Made by a program: the position numbers and the translations under genes
NCBI GenBank assembly: GCA_944360115.1
Contig: CALVTH010000001.1
Coordinates: forward strand, 6,579 to 70,578
DNA length: 64,000 nucleotides
From: an uncultured Clostridia bacterium
GTDB lineage: Bacteria; Bacillota; Clostridia; Christensenellales; CAG-917
Direction of reading: 5' to 3'
The notes under the pieces: model-generated
The model's input: the letters and a program-made list of their open reading frames with translations, nothing else
The model's database searches: none
What the model was told of the DNA's origin: nothing
Shown here: one piece after another, positions 37,672-46,950 of the stretch
How positions within the stretch are numbered: the first letter of the stretch is position 1
Layout of the letters: every line of letters starts with the position of its first letter

Positions 37672-37690
37672 TCAAATTGACACGGGTTGC
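37672..37690. promoter_or_regulatory. Perfect 8-3-8 palindrome (operator-like) overlapping the -35 of the GH38/iol promoter
   Basis: GTCAATTT-ttc-AAATTGAC. The right arm overlaps TTGACA (37686-91). Confidence 0.5.
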
Positions 37691-37714
37691 GCGGGGGAAT
37701 AATATTATACTCAG
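37686..37714 (+). promoter_or_regulatory. Candidate promoter of the GH38-iol operon
   Basis: TTGACA (37686-91), a 17-nt spacer, then TAATAT (37709-14). Confidence 0.45.
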
Positions 37715-37782
37715 TTAATATTATGCGTTCCCGACTTGCCTGCGCGCCCGTGCGCTCGGCGGCGGGGATGCGGCGGGAAATT

Positions 37783-40722
37783 ATGATTGAAAGAATTTTG
37801 CTTTATCCTGCGCACATTGCCGAACTTCTCCGCGTGCGCGGCGGTATTCATTCCGTCGTGGCGACGCTCGACGCGGTGAGATTGCCCTCGAAAGAGCCCG
37901 TTCCGTTCGAGGAAGCCGCGTCGTCCGATATGCAAAAGACCCGCAAGGGGCAGGTGTGGGGCGGACTGTACGATTGCTGTTGGTTCCGTTTCCGCGGCAG
38001 AGTGCCCGAGAGCGCAAAGGGCAGGCACACCGTGTTGATAATCGATACGGGCGGCGAAGGGCTTGCCCGCGATATGACGAAAGGCGGCGCGCCCATGCAG
38101 GGACTGACGAACATTCTGTCGCCCATTGACGCCGTGCAAAGCGTGTGCGGCAAGCGCATAGTGGAATTTCTGCCGTGCGCCGAGGGCGGAGAAGCCGTCG
38201 ACATCATGGTGGACGCGGGCAACAACGATGTTTACCGCGTGCATCCTGCGAGGTTTGCGCGGGCGGCGGTTGCCGTGCGCGACGACGCGCTGTTCAGATA
38301 CTATTACGATTTTCTCGTCCTTTTCCAACTGCTTCTCACATACGGCAAGAACGAAAACCTTTCCGACCCCGACGCCGTGGAACTCAACAAAGTCCTTACC
38401 CGTGCGGAGCGTTTGCGTAGGAAGGACCTCGGCGCGGCGACGGAACTGCTGGAGGCCCGTCTCGGCACGCCCAATGTCAAAGCCGTCACGGAATATACCG
38501 CGGTGGGGCACGCGCACCTCGATCTTGCGTGGCTGTGGCCGTTGCGCGAGACCAAGCGCAAGGCGGCGCGAACTTTCGCAACCGCTCTGAAAAACACCGA
38601 GTTGTATCCCGATTATGTTTTCGGTGCGTCGCAGGCGCAGCAGTTCGAGTGGATGGAGAAAGAGCAGCCCGAGATTTTCGGTCGGCTCGGGAAAGCCGTC
38701 GCGGACGGACGGGTCGAGATTCAGGGCGGAATGTGGACGGAGAGCGACTGCAATCTGCCGTCGGGAGAGTCGCTTATCAGGCAATTTGCCTACGGCGACG
38801 AGTATTTCGGCGAAAAGTTCGGCGTGCACACCGACATGGTGTGGCTGCCCGATGTTTTCGGATTCCCCGCTTCTTTGCCGCAGATTATGAAAAAGTGCGG
38901 CAAGGAATATTTCATGACCATAAAACTCAGCTGGAACGAGCACAACAAGTTCCCGTACAAGACTTTCCGCTGGCAGGGTATCGACGGCACGGAGATAGTG
39001 TCGCACATGCCGCCGCAGGGCGATTACAATTCGTCGGGATGTCCGCTTGCCGTGGTGAAATCGGACGGCAAGTTCGACCAGTCCAAGGACTTTGACACCG
39101 CGCTCATCGCATACGGCGTGGGCGACGGCGGCGGCGGTCCCGGAGAGGGGCACATCGAGTGCGTCACGCGCGAGCGTGACATAAAGGGACTGAGCAAAGT
39201 GAAAACGGGTGCCGCCCGCGATTTTTTCGTTGCCCTGGAAGCCGTCCGCGACAAGATGCCCGTGCACAAAGGCGAATTGTACCTCGAAAAGCATCAGGGC
39301 ACATACACCTCGCAGGGCAGGAACAAACGGTACAACAGGTTGCTGGAGCGCGCGCTTCACAATTACGAGTGGCTCGCCGCCGCGGCAACGGTGAAAGGTA
39401 TTCCGTACGACAGGGAGACCCTCGACGCAGTGTGGAAAGAGGTGCTGCTGTATCAGTTCCACGATGTCATCCCCGGCTCGTCCATAGGCAGGGTGTATAA
39501 AGAGACCACGGAAGGCTACGAGAGGATGCTCGCCGTGCTCCGTCGCGCTTCGGACGACCTGCTCGTCGCGCTGGGCGCCGGAAAGGGCAAAGGACTGTTC
39601 AACGGCGCGCCTTTCGCGGTGGACGGAGCGGTGAAGAGCGGCGGCAGGTGGTACCGCGCTCGGGCGGCGGCTTATTCCGCCGTCGTCGCCGAGGAAATCT
39701 CGGGCGACGCCGAGGGGCTTGTCGCGGGCGAAAGAAGCATTTCCAACGGCATACTCACCGTCACGACAGGGCGCGACGGCGTCATCCGTTCGCTGACGGA
39801 CGGCGAGGGCAGGGAGTATGCGGGAGAATATCTCAACCGTCTCACCGTCTACAGCGACCCGCGTATGCACTACAACGCGTGGGACATCAACATCAATTAT
39901 CCGCGTATGCGCAAAAAACAGTTGCGCGCGCGTTCGGTGAAGAGTTACATCGACGGCTGTGCCGCCGTTCTGGAAATCCTGTACGAAGGCGACAGATACT
40001 CCGTGACACAGAAACTTTCGCTCGTGAAAGGTGAGGATATGCTGCGCGTGGACACCTTCGCCGACTGGCACGAAAGGCACAAAATGTTGCGCGCCGACTT
40101 CCGTCCCACGGTGTGGAGCGATACGGTGGAGTGCGACATACAGTTCGGCACGGTGCGCCGCTCGACGGGAAACAAAACCAAAATCGAAAAGGCGCAGTTC
40201 GAGATATGCGCGCACAAATATGTCGCTCTCGAAAAGGACGGTTTCGGGTTCGCGGTGCTCAACGACTGCAAGTACGGTCACAGGGTGAAAGAGGGCAAAA
40301 TCAGCCTCAATCTCCTGCGCTCGCCGAAGTATCCCGACCCCGGGTGCGATATGGGCAGGCACACCTTCTCGTACGCCGTGTGTCCCTACCGCGGCAGCGC
40401 GGAAAGCGCGGGCGTCGTCGGCAAGGCGTATCTGCTCAACAACCCGCCCGAGGTGCGCGACCTTGCGGCGGAGATAGCGCCGCTCGTCACGGCGGATTCC
40501 GACGGCGTGGTGGTGGAGACCGTAAAGCCCGCGCGCGACGCCAAAGGCGTGGTCGCGAGGGTGTACGAACGCTACGGAAAAGAGTGCGCCTGCACGCTCG
40601 GCGCGACCTTTGCGGCAAAGGGAATTTACGAGACCGATATGCTGGAAAAGGGGCGCGTCGGGAGCGATGGCAGAACGGTTTTCAAGCCGTTCGAGATAAA
40701 GACGATTTATTTCGAAATCTGA
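37783..40722 (+). CDS. GH38-family alpha-mannosidase
   Basis: It contains 'GHAHLDLAWLWPLRETKRKAARTF', 'WLPDVFGF' and 'YLEKHQGTYTS', and is about 980 aa. The start is uncertain, with in-frame candidates at 37687, 37723, 37768 and 37783. Confidence 0.85.
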   Translation: MIERILLYPAHIAELLRVRGGIHSVVATLDAVRLPSKEPVPFEEAASSDMQKTRKGQVWGGLYDCCWFRFRGRVPESAKGRHTVLIIDTGGEGLARDMTKGGAPMQGLTNILSPIDAVQSVCGKRIVEFLPCAEGGEAVDIMVDAGNNDVYRVHPARFARAAVAVRDDALFRYYYDFLVLFQLLLTYGKNENLSDPDAVELNKVLTRAERLRRKDLGAATELLEARLGTPNVKAVTEYTAVGHAHLDLAWLWPLRETKRKAARTFATALKNTELYPDYVFGASQAQQFEWMEKEQPEIFGRLGKAVADGRVEIQGGMWTESDCNLPSGESLIRQFAYGDEYFGEKFGVHTDMVWLPDVFGFPASLPQIMKKCGKEYFMTIKLSWNEHNKFPYKTFRWQGIDGTEIVSHMPPQGDYNSSGCPLAVVKSDGKFDQSKDFDTALIAYGVGDGGGGPGEGHIECVTRERDIKGLSKVKTGAARDFFVALEAVRDKMPVHKGELYLEKHQGTYTSQGRNKRYNRLLERALHNYEWLAAAATVKGIPYDRETLDAVWKEVLLYQFHDVIPGSSIGRVYKETTEGYERMLAVLRRASDDLLVALGAGKGKGLFNGAPFAVDGAVKSGGRWYRARAAAYSAVVAEEISGDAEGLVAGERSISNGILTVTTGRDGVIRSLTDGEGREYAGEYLNRLTVYSDPRMHYNAWDININYPRMRKKQLRARSVKSYIDGCAAVLEILYEGDRYSVTQKLSLVKGEDMLRVDTFADWHERHKMLRADFRPTVWSDTVECDIQFGTVRRSTGNKTKIEKAQFEICAHKYVALEKDGFGFAVLNDCKYGHRVKEGKISLNLLRSPKYPDPGCDMGRHTFSYAVCPYRGSAESAGVVGKAYLLNNPPEVRDLAAEIAPLVTADSDGVVVETVKPARDAKGVVARVYERYGKECACTLGATFAAKGIYETDMLEKGRVGSDGRTVFKPFEIKTIYFEI

Positions 40723-40786
40723 CAAAACGGCGGGTTGAGCGTGCAAAACGCGCGCGTAAACAGCCCGATATGATACAGGAGGAACA

Positions 40787-41800
40787 ATGAAACATATCGA
40801 GTTCGCAAGCGACAGGGAGTTCGACATCATACTCATCGGCAGGGTGTGCATAGACTTCAACCCCCTCGATTATTTCAAGCCGCTTTCGCAGTCAAACGAG
40901 TTCAGGAAGTATCTCGGCGGCTCGCCCGCAAACATCGCCGTCGGGCTGGCTCGACTGGGCAAGAAAGTGGGGTTTATCGGCAGGGTGTCCGACGACCGTT
41001 TCGGCGAATATGTTGTCGACTTCTTCAAGAAGGAAGGCATTGACACCAGCAATATTTTCCTCGCCGAGAAGGAACACAAACTGGGGCTGACATTCACCGA
41101 GATTCTGTCGCCCGACGAGAGCAGTATCCTTATGTACCGCGAGGGCGTCGCCGACCTCACGCTGCAACCCTCCGAGGTCAGCGAGGATTACATCAAACGC
41201 GCAAAAGCCATTCTCGTGTCGGGCACCGCGCTGTCGGCAAGTCCCTCCCGCGAGGCGTGTTTCAAAGCCATTCAGCTCGCCGAGAAAAACGGCGTGAAAA
41301 TCATATTCGACATCGATTACCGCGAGTACAGCTGGAAGAGCCGCGACGAAATCGCCGTCACCTATTCCCATGCCGCCGAGCACAGCGACATCATTATGGG
41401 CAGCCGCGAGGAATTCGACCTCACCGAGAGCATTTCCGCACCCGGACGCACCGACGCCGAAACGGCGGCGTACTGGATGAGCAAGGGCAATTCCATAGTC
41501 ATCATCAAACACGGCAAGCAAGGCTCCACGGCGCACACCGCCGACGGCGAATACAACATCAAACCGTTTCCCGTCAAGGCGTTCAAGTCCTTCGGCGGCG
41601 GCGACGGATACGGCTCGGCGTTCATTTACGGACTGCTCGAAGGCATGGACATCATGGATTGTCTGGAACTGGGCAGCGCGTCGGCTTCCATGCTGGTGGC
41701 CGCGCACGGTTGCTCGGAATTCATGCCCACCCGCGCGGAGATCGACGAGTTCGTCGCCCGCGAGAAAGCCGAGTTCGGCGAAATGGTGGCGAGAGGCTGA
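40787..41800 (+). CDS. iolC: 5-dehydro-2-deoxygluconokinase
   Basis: It is collinear with B. subtilis IolC: 'FDIILIGRVCIDFNP', 'YLGGSPANIAVGLARLG', 'GLTFTEILSPDESSILMYREGVADL' and 'FGGGDGYGSAFIYGLL'. Confidence 0.88.
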   Translation: MKHIEFASDREFDIILIGRVCIDFNPLDYFKPLSQSNEFRKYLGGSPANIAVGLARLGKKVGFIGRVSDDRFGEYVVDFFKKEGIDTSNIFLAEKEHKLGLTFTEILSPDESSILMYREGVADLTLQPSEVSEDYIKRAKAILVSGTALSASPSREACFKAIQLAEKNGVKIIFDIDYREYSWKSRDEIAVTYSHAAEHSDIIMGSREEFDLTESISAPGRTDAETAAYWMSKGNSIVIIKHGKQGSTAHTADGEYNIKPFPVKAFKSFGGGDGYGSAFIYGLLEGMDIMDCLELGSASASMLVAAHGCSEFMPTRAEIDEFVAREKAEFGEMVARG

Positions 41801-41818
41801 CGGCGAGGAGAAAAGAGA

Positions 41819-42586
41819 ATGTTCGCTTATCCCGAGTTCGACAAAAAAGGCGTCAAAACCCTTGTGAAATCCGACGGCAAGGGCAGGGAATTCCTCATGG
41901 ACATCACCGTCCACCGTCTTGCGAAAGGCAGTCGGCGCACTTTCCTTTTCGCCGACGAGGAAGCGGCGTTCCTGCTGACCGAAGGCGCGGTGAGGTTCGC
42001 GGCGGAAGGCAGAACATACGACGCCGAGCGCAGTAATGTGTTCGAGGCGTTGCCGTCCTGTCTGCACGCTCCCAAAGGGGTGAAAGTGACCGTGACCGCG
42101 CTCTCCGACTGCGAGTTCATAGTGCAGGCGACGGCAAACGACGGCGTTTTCCCCGTGAAGTTTTATGCGCCCGAGGACATTATATGCACGGTGTCCTGCG
42201 AGGGGCGGTGGGAGAACACCGCCGTGCGCGATGTCAACACCGTCTTCGACTACGACAACGCGCCGTATTCCAACATGGTGCTCGGCGAAGTCATAGCGCG
42301 ACAGGGCAGGTGGTGGAGTTATGTTCCGCACAGCCACCCGCAGCCCGAGGTGTACTATTACAAAATGCCGCGCGCGGAAGGTTTCGGCGCGTGTTTCATC
42401 GGCGACGAAGCGCACACCGTCAAGGACGGAAGCGTGGGAGCGTTCCCCGGGGGCAAGACTCATGTTCAGGTCACCGCGCCCGGTTATCCCATGTACTGCG
42501 CGTGGATGATACGCCATCTCGACGGCGACCCGTGGCTCAAGACCCGCACCGTCGACCCGCGTTACGAGTGGCTGGAGAAAGATTGA
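41819..42586 (+). CDS. iolB: 5-deoxy-glucuronate isomerase
   Basis: This is a KduI/IolB cupin. 'GRWWSYVPHSHPQPEVYYY' matches the IolB 'W.SYPPHKHD...E.YY' core. It lies between iolC and iolD. Confidence 0.82.
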   Translation: MFAYPEFDKKGVKTLVKSDGKGREFLMDITVHRLAKGSRRTFLFADEEAAFLLTEGAVRFAAEGRTYDAERSNVFEALPSCLHAPKGVKVTVTALSDCEFIVQATANDGVFPVKFYAPEDIICTVSCEGRWENTAVRDVNTVFDYDNAPYSNMVLGEVIARQGRWWSYVPHSHPQPEVYYYKMPRAEGFGACFIGDEAHTVKDGSVGAFPGGKTHVQVTAPGYPMYCAWMIRHLDGDPWLKTRTVDPRYEWLEKD

Positions 42587-42602
42587 TTTCCGGGGGGAAA
42601 AT

Positions 42603-44528
42603 ATGAAGGAAAAGACCAGAAAAATGACAGTCGGAGAGGCGCTTGTCACCTTCCTCGACAATCAGTATGTGTCCTTCGACGGGGCGGAGACAAAACTCGT
42701 CGAAGGCATTTTCACGATATTCGGACACGGGTGTGTTGTCGGCACGGGAGAGGCTTTATCTCTCAAAAAGCACTCGTTAAAAGTCTATCAGGGCAAAAAC
42801 GAACAGGGTATGGCACACGCGGCAATCGCATACGCCAAGCAGAACAACCGTCTCAAAATCCTGCCTTGTATGTCGTCGATAGGACCGGGCGCGGCAAACA
42901 TGGTGGCGGCGGCGGGCACCGCCACGGCAAACAACATTCCTTTGCTGTTGCTCGTCGGCGACGCCTTTGCCACCCGTCAGCCCGACCCCGTGCTTCAGCA
43001 AATAGAACAGGCCAACTGCGCGGGCACGACCACCAACGACGCCTTCCGCGCCGTCACCCGTTACTTCGACAGGGTCAGCCGCCCCGAAATGCTCATGACG
43101 GCAATGCTCAACGCCGTGCGCGTGCTCCTCGACCCCGCGTCCACGGGCGCCGTTGTGATAGCGTTGCCGCAGGATGTGCAGGGCGAAGCGTACGATTTCC
43201 CGCTGTCTTTCCTTCGCAAGAGGGTGACGCGCGTGCTTCGCGCACAGCCCGACAGAGAACAGATAAAGGAAGCGGCGAAAGCCGTCAAAAAGGCGAAAAA
43301 ACCTTTGCTCGTAATCGGCGGCGGGGCGAAGTACAGCCGCGCGGGCGAGGCAATCAAGGCGTTTGCCGTCCGTCACAACATACCCGTGTGCGAGACGCAG
43401 GCGGGCAAGTCGGCGGTGGAGTCGTCCTTCGCTTACAATCTCGGCGGCGTCGGAGTGACGGGCAACTCGGCGGCGAACACCGTTGCCGCGGCGTGCGACC
43501 TCGTCATCGGCGTGGGCACGAGATTCACGGATTTCACCACGGCGTCGAAGTCGCTTTATGCGGGCGCGCAGGTCGTCACAATCAACGCTTCCTCTTTCCA
43601 TGCGGCGAAAATGGACGCAATTCCCGTCGTTGCCGACGCGCGCGAAGGCATAGTCGCCCTCGACAAGGCGCTGGGCAATTACCGCGCGGCTTACGACGGC
43701 GAAATCGAAAAGGCGAAAGAGGACTGGCAAGCCGAAATGCGCCGTCTGGTTTCCGTGCGCGTGGGCGAGAGCTATGTGCCCGAAAACACCGACATGACTC
43801 CCGACTGCGTGGAGAAATTCGCCGCGGCGACCGGTTGCGCGCTCACGCAGACCGCCGCCCTCGGCATAATCCGCGACATAATCCCCGCCGACGCGATAAT
43901 CGTCGGGTCGTCGGGCAGTCTGCCCGGGTGCCTGCAGCGTATGTGGGAGACCGACGCCGTGGACAGCTACAATGTCGAATACGGCTATTCCTGCATGGGC
44001 TACGAAATCGCGGGGGCGCTGGGCGCAAAACTTGCGTGCCCCGATCGCGAAGTGTACGCAATGGCGGGCGACGGAAGTTATCTGATGTTGCACAGCGAAA
44101 TGGTGACGGCGGTGCAGGAAGGCAAGAAAATCAACATCATGCTTTTCGACAACGGCGGCTTCGGGTGCATAAACAACCTGCAAATGGGGCAGGGAATCGA
44201 CAGCCTTTGCACGGAGTTCAGGAAACGCGAGGGCGACGCGCCCATACGCGGCGGAGACTTCGTGCCCGTCGACTACGCGATGAGCGCGAGGGCGTACGGT
44301 TTCAAGAGTTATACCGCGCTCACTCCCGACGAGCTTGCCGCCGCGCTCCGCGATTCGCTCGGACAGACCGCGCCCGTGCTTATCGACATAAAGGTTATGC
44401 CGAAGTCAATGACGCACGGCTACGGCGGGTGGTGGAATGTAGGTATCACCGAACTGCCCGAGAACGACAAACAGAAAAGCGTGCTCGCCGAAAAGAGAGA
44501 GAAACTCGGGTCGGCGCGTAAATACTAG
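42603..44528 (+). CDS. iolD: 3D-(3,5/4)-trihydroxycyclohexane-1,2-dione acylhydrolase (TPP enzyme)
   Basis: It is 641 aa with TPP-binding motifs 'GDGSYLM...FDNGGFG' and the IolD-like N-terminus 'TVGEALVTFLDNQYV'. Confidence 0.9.
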   Translation: MKEKTRKMTVGEALVTFLDNQYVSFDGAETKLVEGIFTIFGHGCVVGTGEALSLKKHSLKVYQGKNEQGMAHAAIAYAKQNNRLKILPCMSSIGPGAANMVAAAGTATANNIPLLLLVGDAFATRQPDPVLQQIEQANCAGTTTNDAFRAVTRYFDRVSRPEMLMTAMLNAVRVLLDPASTGAVVIALPQDVQGEAYDFPLSFLRKRVTRVLRAQPDREQIKEAAKAVKKAKKPLLVIGGGAKYSRAGEAIKAFAVRHNIPVCETQAGKSAVESSFAYNLGGVGVTGNSAANTVAAACDLVIGVGTRFTDFTTASKSLYAGAQVVTINASSFHAAKMDAIPVVADAREGIVALDKALGNYRAAYDGEIEKAKEDWQAEMRRLVSVRVGESYVPENTDMTPDCVEKFAAATGCALTQTAALGIIRDIIPADAIIVGSSGSLPGCLQRMWETDAVDSYNVEYGYSCMGYEIAGALGAKLACPDREVYAMAGDGSYLMLHSEMVTAVQEGKKINIMLFDNGGFGCINNLQMGQGIDSLCTEFRKREGDAPIRGGDFVPVDYAMSARAYGFKSYTALTPDELAAALRDSLGQTAPVLIDIKVMPKSMTHGYGGWWNVGITELPENDKQKSVLAEKREKLGSARKY

Positions 44529-44536
44529 GAGAAAAT

Positions 44537-45427
44537 ATGGACAGAAAGAAGGTCAGACTGGGCATTGCGCCCATTGCGTGGACCAACGACGATATGCCCG
44601 ACCTCGGCGGCGGCAACACCTTCGAGCAATGCGTCAGCGAAATGGCGCTTGCGGGGTTCAAGGGCACGGAACTCGGCAACAAATTCCCGAAGAAAGCGCG
44701 CGAACTCAAAAAGGCGCTGGCTCTGCGCAAACTGCGCCTTGCCAACAGCTGGTTCAGCGCGTACATTCTCACCAAGCCTTACGAGGAAGTGGAGAAGGAA
44801 TTTGTCGCCAAGTGCAGATTCCTGCACGCGGCGGGGGCGCGCGTCGTGGGCGCGTCCGAACAGAGTTATTCCGTGCAGGGCACGGACCTGCCCGTGTTCG
44901 AGTCCCGTCACATAATGGACGACGCGGAATGGGCGCGGCTGTGCGACGGACTCAACCGTCTGGGCGCGAAAGCCGCCGAAATGGGCATGACGCTCGTCTT
45001 TCATCATCACATGGGCACGGTGGTGCAGACGGCGGCGGAAGTGGACAGACTCATGGAGGGCACCGACCCCGACAAACTTTCGTTGCTGTTCGACAGCGGA
45101 CATCTGGCGTACTGCGGCGAGGACGCGGCGGCGGTGCTGGAGAAGCACATCGGCAGAACGAAGCACATTCACCTCAAGGACATACGCTCCGAAGTGGTGG
45201 AAAAGGTCAGACGCGAGGGATTGAGTTTCCTTGCGGGAGTCAGACTGGGCACATTCACGGTGCCGGGAGACGGCGACATAGATTTCGCGCCCATATTCGA
45301 CACCGTCGACAAGTCCGGGTACGAAGGGTGGATGATTGTGGAAGACGAGCAGGACCCCGCGCTTGCCAATCCTCTCGAATACGCGCTCAAGGCGCGCAAG
45401 TTCATCAAAAAAACGGCGAAAATTTAG
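44537..45427 (+). CDS. iolE: Inosose dehydratase
   Basis: 'VRLGIAPIAWTNDDMPDLGGGNTFEQCVSEMALAGFKGTELGNKFP' closely follows the IolE N-terminus. The fold is a xylose-isomerase-like TIM barrel. Confidence 0.88.
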   Translation: MDRKKVRLGIAPIAWTNDDMPDLGGGNTFEQCVSEMALAGFKGTELGNKFPKKARELKKALALRKLRLANSWFSAYILTKPYEEVEKEFVAKCRFLHAAGARVVGASEQSYSVQGTDLPVFESRHIMDDAEWARLCDGLNRLGAKAAEMGMTLVFHHHMGTVVQTAAEVDRLMEGTDPDKLSLLFDSGHLAYCGEDAAAVLEKHIGRTKHIHLKDIRSEVVEKVRREGLSFLAGVRLGTFTVPGDGDIDFAPIFDTVDKSGYEGWMIVEDEQDPALANPLEYALKARKFIKKTAKI

Positions 45428-45439
45428 TCGGAGGAAATT

Positions 45440-46942
45440 ATGGAGACTTTGAAGTATTTCACCAACAACACCTTTGTCGAGTCGACTACGGACAAGTATT
45501 ACAATGTGTTCGACCCCAGCACGGGCGAACAGATTGCGCGTTGTCCGCGCGTCACCGCCGACGAGATAAAGCAAGTCATAGCAAACGCAGAGGCGGCTTA
45601 TAAGGTGTGGAGCAAAACGCCCGTCATCAAGCGCGTGCAGATACTTTACCGTCTGCGCGAATTGCTTGTCGAGCACATGGACGAACTCACCCTCATCTGC
45701 GCGCGCGAGCACGGCAAGGTGTACGAGGAAGCCAAGGGCGACATCCTCAAAGCCAAAGAGGGCACCGAACTCGCCATTTCAATGCCTTCGCTCATGATGG
45801 GCGAATCGCTCATGGACACATCGTCGGGCTACGACACCGTGTTGTACAGGGAATCCCTCGGCGTGTTCGTGGGAATTTGTCCGTTCAATTTCCCCGCGAT
45901 GATACCCATGGGATGGATGGCGCCCTCGTGTATTGCCTGCGGCAACACCATCATCCTCAAAGTGGCGGGCGCAACGCCGATGACCTCGCTCCGCATTGCC
46001 GAACTGTACAGGGAAGCGGGGCTTCCCGACGGCGTGCTCAACATCATCAGCTGCGACCGCAACGACACGCAGGAACTGCTCACCAACCCCGTCGTCAAGG
46101 GCATATCCTTCGTCGGTTCCACAAAGGTGGGCAAGTTCATCTACGAGACCGCGGCGAAAAACGGCAAGAGGGTGCAGTGCCTGTGCGAAGCCAAGAATCA
46201 CGCGCTCGTGCTCAACGACGCCGCTCTCGACCGCACGGCGGCGGGTATCGTCAACGCGGCGTACGGTTGCGCGGGCGAGAGGTGCATGGCGCTTCCCGTC
46301 GTGGTGGCGCAGGAGGGCATAGCCGACGCGTTGGTGGCGAAAATCAAGGAACTCGCCTCCGCACTCAAGGTCGGTCCCGCGTACGACAAGACCAGCAAAC
46401 TCGGTCCCGTCTATTCCGCCGAACACAAAAAGTCCGTCGTCGAATGGATTGAAAAGGGACTTGCCGAGGGCGCGACGCTCGTGCTCGACGGCAGGGACAA
46501 GGTCGTCGAAGGGTACGAAAACGGCTTCTATCTCGGGCCCACCGTGCTCGACCATGTCACCACCGAAATGACCGTCGGCACGCGCGAAATCTTCGGACCC
46601 GTGCTGTGCATAAAGAGAGTCAAGACATTCGAGGAAGGACTCGAGGTGATGAACTCCAATCCCTTTGCCAACGGCTCCGTCATCTACACGCAGAACGGAT
46701 ATTACGCGCGCGAGTTCGCCCGCAACACCGACGGCGGTATGGTGGGTATCAATGTGGGTATTCCCGTGCCCGTCGGCGTCTTCCCCTTCTCGGGGCACAA
46801 GCAGTCCTTCTTCGGCGACCTGCATTGCCTCGGCAAGGACGCCTACCGTTTCTTCACCGAAAGCAAATGCGTCACCACGCACTGGTTCGACGAACACGAA
46901 AAGAAATCCACCGCCGTCAGCACCTGGGACGGCACAATCTAG
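45440..46942 (+). CDS. iolA: CoA-acylating methylmalonate/malonate-semialdehyde dehydrogenase
   Basis: This is an aldehyde dehydrogenase with 'FPAMIPMW'-type 'NFPAMIPMGWMAP' and catalytic 'GCAGERCMA'. The C-terminus is 'FFGDLHCLGKDAYRFFTESKCVT'. Confidence 0.9.
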   Translation: METLKYFTNNTFVESTTDKYYNVFDPSTGEQIARCPRVTADEIKQVIANAEAAYKVWSKTPVIKRVQILYRLRELLVEHMDELTLICAREHGKVYEEAKGDILKAKEGTELAISMPSLMMGESLMDTSSGYDTVLYRESLGVFVGICPFNFPAMIPMGWMAPSCIACGNTIILKVAGATPMTSLRIAELYREAGLPDGVLNIISCDRNDTQELLTNPVVKGISFVGSTKVGKFIYETAAKNGKRVQCLCEAKNHALVLNDAALDRTAAGIVNAAYGCAGERCMALPVVVAQEGIADALVAKIKELASALKVGPAYDKTSKLGPVYSAEHKKSVVEWIEKGLAEGATLVLDGRDKVVEGYENGFYLGPTVLDHVTTEMTVGTREIFGPVLCIKRVKTFEEGLEVMNSNPFANGSVIYTQNGYYAREFARNTDGGMVGINVGIPVPVGVFPFSGHKQSFFGDLHCLGKDAYRFFTESKCVTTHWFDEHEKKSTAVSTWDGTI

Positions 46943-46950
46943 GAGGAATT

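Noticed and set aside
37302-37718. 138-aa ORF in the LRR-GH38 intergenic region
   Set aside because: It is Arg-rich, spans a terminator, the ATGCGG repeat array and the promoter/palindrome, and has no RBS. The repeats explain the open frame.
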